DNA of 64,000 nucleotides from Vicugna vicugna (taxonomy: Eukaryota), in NCBI GenBank assembly GCA_013265495.1, contig MU058718.1, positions 1,798,001 to 1,862,000 of the forward strand. The letters run 5' to 3'. The position numbers and the translations under genes are program-made. Positions 52,643 to 64,000 of this stretch are shown here, piece by piece. The notes beneath the pieces were generated by a model. The model did not search any database, was not told the DNA's origin, and saw only the letters and a program-made list of their open reading frames with translations. The stretch's first letter is position 1, and each line of letters begins with the position of its first letter.

Positions 52643-53185
52643 CACAAATATCCAAGTAAGGTTTTTAGATGAGAAAAAAACACTTCCTTAAATCCTTTTG
52701 GGGACAAGTCTAGCTATAACTAAATTTAAAACAAGAGATTTTAAATAACATTTATTCTCTGAAAAATAGCTTTATATAATTGTGTAAAGTCTTCTAAAAG
52801 ATTTTTAGCTAGTCCCAAATGAATATGGCATTGACTAAACACTAGAATTTTAGAAAATTTCCCATATGTTAAAGAATCAAAACTGCTATATTTAAGAAAT
52901 AAATTTCACTGAACTGGAATCTAGTATTAGATTCAAAGACAGACTGCACAGTCTTGGCCAAGTCACGTCTGAGACTATTTCTTATCTATATAATGCAAAT
53001 GATACTGTTTTACCTCATAAGTTTGTTAGGACTAAGTAAAACATGTATAAACACCCAGCTAGACTTTCAGTATTTCATTATGTGCATTCATTTTACTCAC
53101 TTTCTTATAAATTAAACGTGAACTTGAGTTTGTAGGTGAACTCTGAGCTTTCAGTATACTTTGTATAATCTTAAACTTTGTTATA

Positions 53186-53404
53186 CAGTTGACCCTTGAA
53201 CAACTCAAGGGTTGGGGTGCTAACCTTCTGCACAGTCAAGAATCAGGGTATAATTTTACAGTCAGCCCTCTGTACGCACGATTCCACATCTGCAGATTCA
53301 ACCAACTGCAGATTGTGTAGTACCGTAATATGTATTCTTGGGGAAAAACTCCACATATAAGTGGATCTGCACAGTTCAAACCTGTGTTGTTCAAGGGTCA
53401 ACTG
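53186..53404 (+). mobile_element. MER8 MITE with perfect 19-bp TIRs
   Basis: TA|CAGTTGACCCTTGAACAAC...GTTGTTCAAGGGTCAACTG|TA. Confidence 0.92.
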
Positions 53405-53489
53405 TATTGTAAATAGGAGGGTTCTGAACTCATTGTTACAAATTTTTTATTACTCATTTTATAGTTTTTCTGTGATTTTTTTTTTTAAT

Positions 53490-53700
53490 AGCTCATGTCA
53501 GAACTGTGCTAGGAAGTTTTTCCCAAGTTATCTCTTCTTTCCAACAGCCTTGTAAGGTAGTAGGAAGTGTAATCTCCTTTCTACAGCTCAGGAAACTGAG
53601 GCTCTGAGACCTTGTGACTTGGTGAGTGTCATATAATTAATAAGTTACAGAGGCCAGAATATAAACTCGGGGAATTCTGATGCCGCGTCCATTACTTTTT
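53490..53700 (-). mobile_element. MIR SINE
   Basis: caacagccttgtaaggtag...aggaaactgaggctctgaga...gtgacttg. Confidence 0.75.
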
Positions 53701-54186
53701 CTGCAATATCATCCTTATTTCACATTAGGCGGATGGTCTTATATCACCATCCCTTTATGTGTTACTATATTAATCTGTTTGAAAATAGGGTTTACTAAGA
53801 ACTTAGGTATTAAAAATTGACCTTACTTGCTGTGTTCTAGTTTACCATTTACTGCTTCAGTTTTGCTTGTGAGACTAACATAAATCTAATTGTTAGATGA
53901 TACCAGAACATAATAAAAATGAATCCGTTTCTCTGAAAGACTAATTAATGGGCACTGTTAGCCTAAACTAACTCTTAATTGTGTTTTATAGTCTGATCAT
54001 TCAGGATACATAATTAGACAAACTACATATTATTAACTGTGAAGAACTAGAAATACATGTTAGGAATATCAGGTTTTTAAAATATTACCTAAGGTCTGCT
54101 GAGCATACAATAGAATAAGAATAAACAGCTTACTAAAATCCAAGCATTGTACCTTAATGTTGTGTGTATGTTTTTTTTTAATCAAG

Positions 54187-54439
54187 GCTTATAGACTAGA
54201 ACCGTTAATACTGAAACACTACAGCAACATTTCACCTGTGCAGATCCACTGGTATAATACTTCCAATCCTCTACCTTATGAGTCCATGAAGCCAAACTAT
54301 CTTCACCCAGCAAAAGACCCTACCTCAGTTACAGAGAATGAAGGCATTTCAACAATACCAAGCCCTGTGACTTCGCCAGTCCTGTCCCGCCGACACTATG
54401 GGGAATCTATAACAAACATAGGCAAAGCAAGTATATTAG
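54187..54439 (+). CDS. DDHD1: DDHD1 coding exon 10 (253 nt)
   Basis: tttttaatcaag|GCT...TTAG|gtaatt; AYRLEPLILKHY...SPVTSPVLSRRHYGESITNIGKASIL. Confidence 0.97.
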
Positions 54440-54992
54440 GTAATTTCTCTTCAGTATGCCTTATCAATGAATTTAAGCACTTTTATATAGACATTAGATT
54501 TTTGGTACTTGGAAATACTCTCTGTATTATCAAAACATTCAACAGTTAATATTCATGTTTAGAATTAACTACCCTCTCTCACTGTTCAAATTTGAGGGCC
54601 AAATCCCTGAAGTATTAGATCAAATCCTGTAGTTAAAGAATATGAGATAGCTGGATGCACAAGAAAAGGCTGGGAAATCAAGTCCCTCATTTTAAATCTT
54701 GAGCACATCACTTACTATGAGATCTCAGAAAGTCACATAGTTTTTAATGCTCTGCTTCCTCATCCATGAAATGAGGGAGTACTTGAGTGCTAAGGGTACC
54801 CCTGCCAACCAGTTCTCTGATCCATGTCCTAAAAGTCTGTCAACCTGTCCTTCCTGAGGGCAACAAGGGTATTTAATTTCTCTTTGAATGATCTGCGGTA
54901 CCAGCCACAATGTTTGGTGTAGCATTGGAGCTCAATTGTGTGCCATTTTAACTTGTCTATTGCTTTTGGTTATGAGTTGCCTTAATACAAAA

Positions 54993-55010
54993 TGCCACAA
55001 GATGGCGCCA
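54993..55010 (+). promoter_or_regulatory. Putative CTCF site with overlapping YY1 core
   Basis: TGCCACAAGATGGCGCCA resembles CTCF core CCASYAGRKGGCRS (one mismatch) and YY1 CAAGATGGCG. Confidence 0.5.
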
Positions 55011-55437
55011 TAAATAGTCTTTATCTGCTGCACTCATTGATAACGACCTCGCCATGCAGATTTATTCATTGCTTTTTATAACATACCCACTTAACTTTAG
55101 TAGTAAGCATATCGATAGTAAATTTATGCACATATGAATGACATGGTTCTTTCATTAACATTTTTAATCTTATGAAGTACTTTAATAAACAATGATCACT
55201 TTAATAGTCTTTATTCCTTTGTAAGCTTTTCTTAGAGTTTGTGCAATTTTTGTCCTATTCGACACCATTTTTATTTAGAAACCTACAATATAAATTGTAA
55301 CTTACTTATGTTTCCACCTTGGAAAAACATAACTAGGGCTTGGTCCCTCTGCAACTGGCTGTAATTATGGGTGGTGCTCTTTAGCTTGGTATGTGGTGTA
55401 ATTCAGCAGAATGATTGCCCTGTTTTGTGAAATGCAG

Positions 55438-55629
55438 GGGCTGCGAGCATTGGAAAGGGACTTGGAGGAATGTTGTTCTCAAGATTTGGACGGTCATCTG
55501 CATCACAGCCATCTGAGATTTCAAGAGACACTATAGAAGACGAGAAGAAGCCGATTGCCTCACCTCCTACGACCACTGTGGCAACGCAGACCCTCCCACA
55601 TAGCAGTTCTGGCTTTCTTGACTCTGCAT
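55438..55629 (+). CDS. DDHD1: DDHD1 coding exon 11 (192 nt)
   Basis: aatgcag|GG...GCAT|gttagt; GAASIGKGLGGMLFSRFGRSS...PHSSSGFLDSA. Confidence 0.96.
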
Positions 55630-58209
55630 GTTAGTTCACACTGTTCTCTGCAGCTTTATCTGGTATCTTTTTAAAGCTTCAGGAGGACAGAGAGGATTAA
55701 GATATTAACACTAGCTGTCAACTCTATAATCTAAAGCATGATTAGCTTTTAAAGAAAAAATGATTTCTCTACTTACATTTTTAAGAATAATCCCCAGGTA
55801 AATGCAGTTTTACTCTCTGCTTTGATGAATTAAGTTAAGAACATTAATAATCAGGGTCCTGTGGCACAGAAGTCTTAGACGTCAAGCGTAAGACAAATCC
55901 CTCATTTTTATAAAATTGTTGTTTTTTTTTTTAAACATGGTCTTCTCAGCCTTAAAACTTCATGTAATCACTTCAAACCTATGCTGTATCTACTCTTGAT
56001 ACTTTTTTAAAACTGCTGTGCCAAAACCATCCTGCTGCTAATCCCAGGGCTCCCTTCATTTAACCTAATTATAAAACCTTCAAAGCTTTCATTGTATTGA
56101 ATCCACTGTATGGCTTCCAATCCTATCCCAACTATATGGGGTAAAATAGACATTCAAGAAATGCGTGAATGAATGGATAATTCATTCTCACTTAGCATTA
56201 GAATGGAGCTTTATTTAATTTTTTCCAGTGGATTTATAAGGTCTAAAATCTTGAATAGTTGTGAAACACTAATTACACATAGTATATGTTTACTTCCAGG
56301 GATCTAAACTTGAACCTTATTTTTAAGTGTCCAGTAGAAGACTACTAAGACCTAGTTTTCCGTTGACTTACATAAGGAAATGTAGATTCTGAAACTTGCT
56401 ACTTTTCTATAACTATTACAAGAAGAAAAGTTTACCTTCTTCCTCTAAAAATGTTTGCACATTTCATTTCAGATACTTAGAGCCTTGTTTTCTTATTGTA
56501 TCTGCTACTCTGAATTTTAAAAAGACCAGCATTCATTGCCATTCATAAAACTTACTTAAAATGGAAGTTCAAGTGTGGCAGTCCTGGAGGCTGGCTCTGT
56601 CTATAGTCGGCCCCACTCCAGGGTGAATTATCCTGGCCATTCCTGAACTGGACGTTACTATTTAGGCCAATAGCATTTTTTTTTTACCTAATGCTGTCTG
56701 TGTCAGACTCTGAGTACTGAAAATTTTATAATTGCAGGTCTTTTAAACACTGCCTAGAGAATTCATTTTAGATTTTGATGTTTGTACAAAATTCATAGTT
56801 CTCTCATGAGAGTTCTGTACTATTGCTGACCTAAAACTCTCACTTCTGCTTAATATCAGACATGACATTGTAAAAATACAAAATTCTGTATAACATGCAG
56901 ATATCAAAAGAAAACTACTCTAAACTTCTGAGGAAAAATAATTTCGAAGAATTTTATAAGAGTCCAGGTAAAAAGTCACAATTCCTTGTAATGTTAGTGC
57001 ACAACAGTGATACTAGTGAACATTAGTGTGAATGAGGGAAGAGAAGGAGCAGGGGAGAATTTGAGCCCCAGGGAAGTCATACAGAGAAGTCTCTAGGATC
57101 TGAGGGGAGAAAACTGACCTTTAGTTTTCTTACTATTTAACATAGGAATTTCAAAATGATAGTAAAGAAACCTGTTTCTTCTTTCAAGGCAAATGAGTAG
57201 AAATGCTTCCCTGTATTACATTATTATATCTCGATACCTTAACAAAATACTTTTTCTGTCATTCTTGCATATAAATTCTTTGTCGGTCTTAATGGTAAAT
57301 TCCTTGCCAACTGTAGACTCAGCTAACTATGAGCTAATCATGATTTCTTATTTAGATATATTCACCTTTAGATACAGATTTTAAAAGTCCAACTTTTAAA
57401 ATTAGACTACTTACTACAGTAGAATTATGACTTTTAAATCAAATCTCCAAGATTGCCTTACTAATTCTTGGACTTGCTTTGGTAATATACTCCTCTATGT
57501 AATCTTGATTTAGACAAATTTTTAAACTCATAATTGCTCTTTTGGTGTATCTTGTAAATCATAAAACCTTTTTTCCTTAAATCTTCTTTCTGGAATTTAG
57601 TCACTGTGATTAGGTGATTCTGGCTTCCTTCCTTACTTTCTGCTCACTTTGATTGCCTCAGTTCTTCTCAGTAACCTTTATTCTGAACCTACGACTTTGA
57701 TTCTCTTGCTTTTTGAGGGTAGGATGGACACGGACTATGAATTCATGATCAGTCTTTGAAGAGTTAGTGTTGTCAGTTGAAACCACTTTATTAACATCAA
57801 GTTGAAGCATCTTACATAGCTGTTCTTCATTTCTTTTGAAAACTATAGGCTTATTTCCAGTGGTTTTACTGTTTCATTTCTTGTGCTATCCTGCATTTGT
57901 AACATATGGAAAGAAAAGATCTGTTTCTTTTAGCACTGGTATGCTTCTAGGTTAGAACTTCAGTGAACTATATATTGGGAGGATATCTGGGTGTTAACAG
58001 ATGATGACATTATATTTGAAAGTTAATTATGATTGCCTTTTCCATGAAGGAGCTCTTCACAAGAACCAAAGTGTGTACTTTTTTATGTATGCAGGGTTTA
58101 ATCAGCTTACATGGGAGTATCGTTCTAACTTCTGGCTGCTGCATCATTGAAGGCCATTTGTAACCGTCAGCCAGTATTTTACAGCATCTTGTGTTTTTTT
58201 TTTTCACAG

Positions 58210-58293
58210 ATTTCAGACTTCAAGGATCATTCTTTAATCTCCCACAACTTCTTTTTCCGGAAAATGTAATGCAGAATAAAGATAATACCCTCG
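58210..58293 (+). CDS. DDHD1: DDHD1 cassette exon 12 (84 nt, 28 aa)
   Basis: ttttcacag|AT...CTCG|gtatgg; phase 1-1; YFRLQGSFFNLPQLLFPENVMQNKDNTL. Confidence 0.92.
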
Positions 58294-59147
58294 GTATGGT
58301 ATATGTCAGGAATAGCATTCAGAACACTACAAAAATGATCTACCTAGATTTCTTCTGCTCATTGAAAAATTGAAGCAGTTCTTCTATGAGATCAGCTTGA
58401 ATGTTACCATTATAGACTATTTTATACATATTCTCTGCCTTTATTTTCTAATCTTAAATGGTAGTGATCCTGAAACTTGACTACCGCTGAGACACTGAGC
58501 GTACTAAATTATGTGATACTCCTATATGCTTCTACAAAGAAGAAGCCTTTTAGAGAGGGAGAAAAAGCATTAGTCTGTTTCCTTTCTTCTCTGTTGCCCT
58601 AGAGCTTTCAAAGAGGTTCACTATTCTTTTTATGTAATATACTTAGATATAGAAGGATTTCATAGTGTAAAGAATTTAATCATTCCTAGTTATTTCACAT
58701 GTCAGTGACACTACCCCTAGCACTGTTGGTATGCCATAGCTACTATCTAGTTTCAACACAAATATTTAATGTTCTTTAGTGGCATAGGTACACTTTGAAA
58801 AATTAATATTATTGGATGCAAGAGATATTTTCAGTCTCTTAATTTTCAGCAGATTCAAAATGCATTGGTAAAAAGCTTAATCTTAGCAGTTTAAAATAAC
58901 TTTTATCATTAACTTCTCATTCCTTTTTCTGCAGTTCCTCTCTTTCCTTTTTTTTTTTTTAATACTGGATTTTGTCTTTAACAACTATGTTACAGGTTTT
59001 TCCTTGAATTTTTTAACCACATCTAATTTTACAATTTCCGTATTTATAATTGCTAATTTTCATGCATTTTTTCAATTTTTTTCTATTTTCAAAAAAATTC
59101 TTACTTGATATAGATTCCAAAACACTGTTTCAGCATAACAAGCTGTT

Positions 59148-59183
59148 GTTTTGTTTGTTTTGTTTTGTTTTGTTTTGTTTTTT
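59148..59183. repeat. (GTTTT)n simple repeat
   Basis: Read directly. Confidence 0.85.
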
Positions 59184-59494
59184 GGCTCCGTAACAGCCAT
59201 TTATGTTGATCTAACTCTGTGAGCTCCCCTCAAGAAACGATCTAATTTAAGTGCTCTCTCTGGTCCCTGCTCATGTACTAGTCACTTCCATAAAGAAATA
59301 GTTGATCTGTGCTTTTTGCATATTTAGCTGAAAAAAGAAAAATTAATCTACTCATATATTTGTCCTGCATTCAAGTGGCCTACACTATCTTAAAGCCATC
59401 CCAACTACCTAAGCAATTAGACCACTAATCTTAACTACACCACACTGATCAGATGGTAATATGTGTATGGCTTCTATTTTCCCTTCCCTTATTA

Positions 59495-59960
59495 CTCATT
59501 CAACAGTTATTTATGAAATGTTTACCAGGAGTCAAGTAGGTAGTCACTAGAAAAGATACCAAGATAAAACACTTCAGTGCTGCCCATAAAAATGTAAAGT
59601 GCTGATGTGGAAATGGTTTTCTAGAGGGCGTATATTCTAGTAGGAAATGTAGGTAACTATAAATATAATTATAATATATGTTAGAATGTGATGAGCCACG
59701 TAACAGACACAGGTAAGAGCCTCTGTCAGTTCTAAGGAATGAGAAAATGCTTTCACCTGGAGAAATCAAAAAAGGCTTTGTGGAAATAGGATTTGGACAA
59801 GCAGAGATGAAGAGACATTGCAGAGAGAAGAAACAGCAAAAGCAAAAACAGAGGTGGGGAGCACAGGGTATGCAGAGAACCAGAAGTTCATTCTCTTGAG
59901 AAGAACCTAGGAAGAGTGGAAAGGGGTAGTTCCGAATGTGATTGGGAAGCTTTCTCAAAC
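59495..59960 (-). mobile_element. L2 3' fragment
   Basis: cattcaacagttatttatgaaatgtttacca... L2 terminus. Confidence 0.6.
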
Positions 59961-62900
59961 CAGACTGTAGAGGGCTGGCAAATGTGGCCGTCTCCAGCAG
60001 TTACCCACAGAGCCTGTATTTACCCCAATAGCCCAACTGTTGTCAAATGTTAGGTATCTGAGTGTCTTTCAGGGTAGACAAGTATTGGGAAATTTGGGGG
60101 AGACAGAAATGACAACCAATGATAAAACTCAGTACGGAGTTGTTTTTTCTGTTTTTTTTTTTTTTCAAATGAAAGATGGTTACCAAATATTCTTAAATGT
60201 ATTTGGAGCTATGATAAGTCACAAAATGTAAATATTCCCTGGATGTCAGATACCTAAGCACATAAAATGTATAGTCTTTCCAAGGCAGCACAAAAATAAG
60301 AAGACATAATTTATCAACAAGAACTCTGAGCACAATCTAATTACAAATGACTCTTTCACCAGTCATTTGGAAACCCAGTTTCCTTTACTAGTACTCTAAG
60401 TGTTTTTCTTAGTATACCTGGGGCCAAAAATTATGCAATTGTGACTATGATTATTATTTATAAATAAGATAACTATTAAGTTTTTTGAAAGTTCCAGAAG
60501 GAAAGTTAAGAGACTTTCATTAAATAGAAAAAAACGTTTCCAGTTAGTACACCTGGTAATACTAAGATGCTTACTTTCTATTCATGTGTGTTACTTTTTA
60601 ACATGAGATTCATGCTGACAGGCCCTGTGCACAGGAGAATTCTCTGCTGAAAGCACAGTGCTGGGGACGCTCTCCCTTCACTGTGTGGACTGCAGACATT
60701 TGCTTTGGGAAATAGGGAAGTGTGCCCATAGGCACGACTCCCCCAAAAAGGAAAATAATCCATGTTTTAAAACAGTATAAGCAAACTTCTAAAAGTAATT
60801 TAAAGCCAACAGTCTTTTTCTCATTTTTACTTCTCAACTGTTCAGGAATCTCATTCTTATTTTGTAGATGGAGGAACATTAACACTTAGGCACTCGAGAG
60901 AGAGAGAAGGACAAAGTGATGATTTTATATTCTCCTTTCTCTTTGCCCTAACTTACTGAGAGAAACTAGGAAAAACTACTAACCTGTATGATGCCACCCT
61001 TTCTGGATATGGTAATACTGAGACAGTAGGTCCAAGGCAACTCCATGTAGGTCACGAGTACATCTCACAGCACATATAGGATGGTGCTTCCATGTAATAA
61101 TCTCACTCCCTGGGGATTCCGTGATCTGCATAAAGGGAGAAGATGAAACAGGCCCACCTGCTTCCATCCATCCACCTGCAAAGCCAACACAAATGTAATG
61201 TCAGCTGCTGTGGCAGTCTGGCTGGGGTAGACCTTCAAAGGAAGATGAGAGACATAAGACAGGTTCATCAGATACAAACTGGCTACTTAATTCCCATGTT
61301 GATAGGGACAACCTACAGATAATTACAAAGGGATAGAGAGGGCCAGTCTAGTTAATGACACAAGTTGCTATAGGCAATAAGAATTGCAAGGACATGTAAT
61401 ATAAGGGGACAATAAATTTATCATTTGAGTTTATAGTACTTGAAAGGCAGTGTAGCACAGTAATAGCACATTAATACATTTCAGGGACAAAATCAAAGTG
61501 GAACCAAATAACACTAGTTATAACAGGGAAAAACCTCCCTTTCTTTGACTTTAAAACGGCAACTCAACCTGAGACTGTTGGATTAGGAAGATATTCTACA
61601 GTGGCATGTGGAAGTCAATTCTTAGAAATTATAGTGTGGTGTGGCTTCACCAATATTAATGCATATGTTTCTGATCTCTTCTGTTTTTCCTCTTATTTCT
61701 CCTTTTTTCTCTATGACTAACTTCAACTTGACTCCTCTTCGTGCTTGATAATTTGTTCCCTCTTTTCGTCTTCATGTCTGTGGTACCAGAATGTACCTAT
61801 GAAATTAACACCCATGTCCTGTGGAATACAGAGGGTAAAAGATTAAGACATTACTATCCCAGAGTTCCACATGTGGATTACAACTATTTGTGACTTATTA
61901 TGGATTAGATTACCATAATTTAAATGAGAAAAATAGCAGTTAAAAAAAAACTTTGTAAAAAGCCTATGTCAATATATTTTACAAGTGTTTTGTAACCTAA
62001 TTGATATTTATGCTGTTTAAGTGTAAACCTTATCTGAAAATGGATAGTCAGACCCATGGGTAGTCCTTGTTAGAAAAGCACAATTGAATAGAAAAATAAC
62101 TCTAAGTGCATTTTTAAATCACCAAATGGTATTGTCACAAAACACATGTTTAAAATAAGCATTAGCTAAACATTTATATGAGATCATTTTCTAAAGCGAT
62201 GTGATTTCCTACATGTGATTACCATATTCCCAGTGTACAAGCAAAACCCAACTTTTTCTCCAACCTCCTTAATTTTTGCTGGTTTTTACTTTTCAGATCC
62301 ACTGGCACTCTGGGCAAAGAACAGACTTAGTGTCTGAATGGTAGTGGCTTGGGTGCTTTTTAAAAGTTTTTAAGACCCTTCAAAATACTGTATGGCTCAT
62401 TGACAATTTAAAGGAGTTCATGAAGATGAAATTGCCATTTTTCTAAGTGTTTTAAGGATTTATGAGATGAACTGATCTCAGTCTTCTTATAGCCTTGATT
62501 TTTAAGGTGGTTTTTATGTAGCAGGTATTTCGAGGACTTTCTCTGTGTTTTAGGAAAGACTTGATAGAAATCACTGAATTGTTTGAGGACAGCATTGCTA
62601 TAAAATGAAATCCTTCCTCTCAAGGATCAACATTGTTCCTTCCAGTGTAATTTTCCCAGCCACCTAGTGGATTCTTTTATTGAACAGACATTGAATGAGC
62701 ACGTGTTATGTCCCACGTGCATGTTAGGCCCTGCTGACTGAATGGAGGCTAGGCTGTGTCATGGCTGCCTTTGAGAAATTCAGCTAAGTGGGAAAGAAAA
62801 CATTCCAGGACTGCAGTAGATGTTATCTTTCAACATGTCCCCACTGAGACAGCTGACCGGTAGGGCCTTGCCAATGAAGGAGCCTGGAGTGATCTGCTGC

Positions 62901-63297
62901 ATTCTTACAGGCATTATTGCTTGTAAGCCTGGCCCATGATTCTGTGAGAAGGCTGTTTTCCTTATTTTACAGATTAGGCACAAAGATTAAATGGGAAAGC
63001 CAGGGTTTGAGCCCGGTTTCTTTACTACAAATATGCTATGATACCAAGCAAGATTTTTGTTTCTCTGCTTCATTGTTCCATATTGACCTGAACACATGAA
63101 GGAGAAAACTCACCAAATAGAATTCTGAGCTGCTGAGCCTCTTGAGTGTTCTCTCCCGTAAGATTAGTGGGAAGTCACTTCTTAAAAACTAGTAATCAAT
63201 TCTGTTAGGTAAATTTTTATTCTCAACTCTAGTAAGTCTGTATAGAACTGGTCTTATTGTAATATCTATTCACTTGTTTGACTTCTGTCCTTTCTAG

Positions 63298-63479
63298 TGG
63301 AACTGGATCACAGAATTGATTTCGAGCTCAGAGAAGGCCTTGTGGAGAGCCGCTACTGGTCAGCCGTCACGTCGCATACTGCCTATTGGTCGTCCTTGGA
63401 TGTTGCCCTCTTTCTTTTAACCTTCATGTACAAACACGAGCATGATAATAATGCAAAACCCAATTTAGATCCAATCTGA
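63298..63479 (+). CDS. DDHD1: DDHD1 terminal coding exon 13 through TGA stop
   Basis: cctttctag|TG; ELDHRIDFELREGLVESRYWSAVTSHTAYWSSLDVALFLLTFMYKHEHDNNAKPNLDPI*. Confidence 0.98.
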
Positions 63480-64000
63480 ACTCTTGAAGGACGTTAATGG
63501 CCCAAAGCTGATTTTTTTTCTGTTAAAATATGTGTGTCAAGATATGGATGTTTCAGGTTTAAGTATGTTTCAGTTTTGTTTAGGGCAAGAAATATTTGAA
63601 TTTAAAAGCACTTTATTTTTTTTTTAAAAAAACATATGTTAAGTCTAAAGTAAGTAATTTACAATTTTCATCATTTTAATTATGAGTCTGACAAAGCCCC
63701 CTGCAGAGAATCAAGCAAGACCTGGAAGTAAGGATGGTTTGGGTGGACTGCAAAGTTGTAAATCACAGTCTCACTTCTCCCAAATATAAAGGCATCTTAA
63801 TGGGTTGAATCTAACGTGTTAACCAAAATATGTTCTAAATCTAAAATGGTGAAGGTCCAGGGTATTCCGTGTAAAGATCACGAGGTGGTATCATTGTTTT
63901 AGATTTTTATGAAAGCTTCCATTTCCACAGTTCCTTTGAAACTTGAGTATAAGAGATTTAAAATGTCTTGAATTAAACTTGTTTAGAAAAACTAATGCTA
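63480..64000 (+). other. DDHD1: Start of DDHD1 3' UTR (probably continues beyond the window)
   Basis: Follows the stop codon; AT-rich; only a variant ATTAAA at 63972-63977. Confidence 0.85.

Noticed and set aside
54440..54549. Exon 10 frame continuing 36 codons into the intron
   Set aside because: Ordinary read-through past a valid donor; no sign of an alternative C-terminus.
59500..59958. Longest ORF in the track (152 aa, minus strand)
   Set aside because: Coincides with an L2 remnant and has no domain-like features.
63477..63485. Stop-codon readthrough
   Set aside because: Context is TGA ACT, not the TGA CTAG readthrough motif.
1..64000. CRISPR arrays, operons, prokaryotic defence systems, CpG-island promoter, snoRNA or miRNA genes
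   Set aside because: This is a mammalian intron-exon locus with no spaced repeat array or CpG island. I recognised no small-RNA gene by eye; an Infernal/Rfam scan would be needed to exclude one.

Overview
AT-rich mammalian genomic DNA, probably camelid (inferred from Vic-1-like tRNA-derived SINEs and the L1 3' ends). It holds the 3' part of DDHD1 (phosphatidic acid-preferring phospholipase A1) on the + strand. Exon 1 and the promoter lie upstream of the window. I traced 11 constitutive coding exons (2-11 and 13) with GT-AG boundaries and consistent phases through the stop at 63477-63479, plus 21-nt and 84-nt cassette exons matching human isoforms as I recall them. Introns are mostly transposon remnants (L1, L2, CR1/L3, MIR, SINEs, MaLR/ERVL LTRs, Tigger/MER). 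I found no new multi-gene system. The best second-look items are an in-frame 102-nt candidate cassette exon carrying KRKR, an L1 3' transduction inside a 17-bp TSD, an L1 fragment containing an unidentified polyadenylated-looking insert, an L1 whose 5'UTR is fused to the end of ORF2, and an intronic CTCF/YY1-like motif. Exon numbers follow the human gene from memory. Repeat names and boundaries are by eye and approximate.
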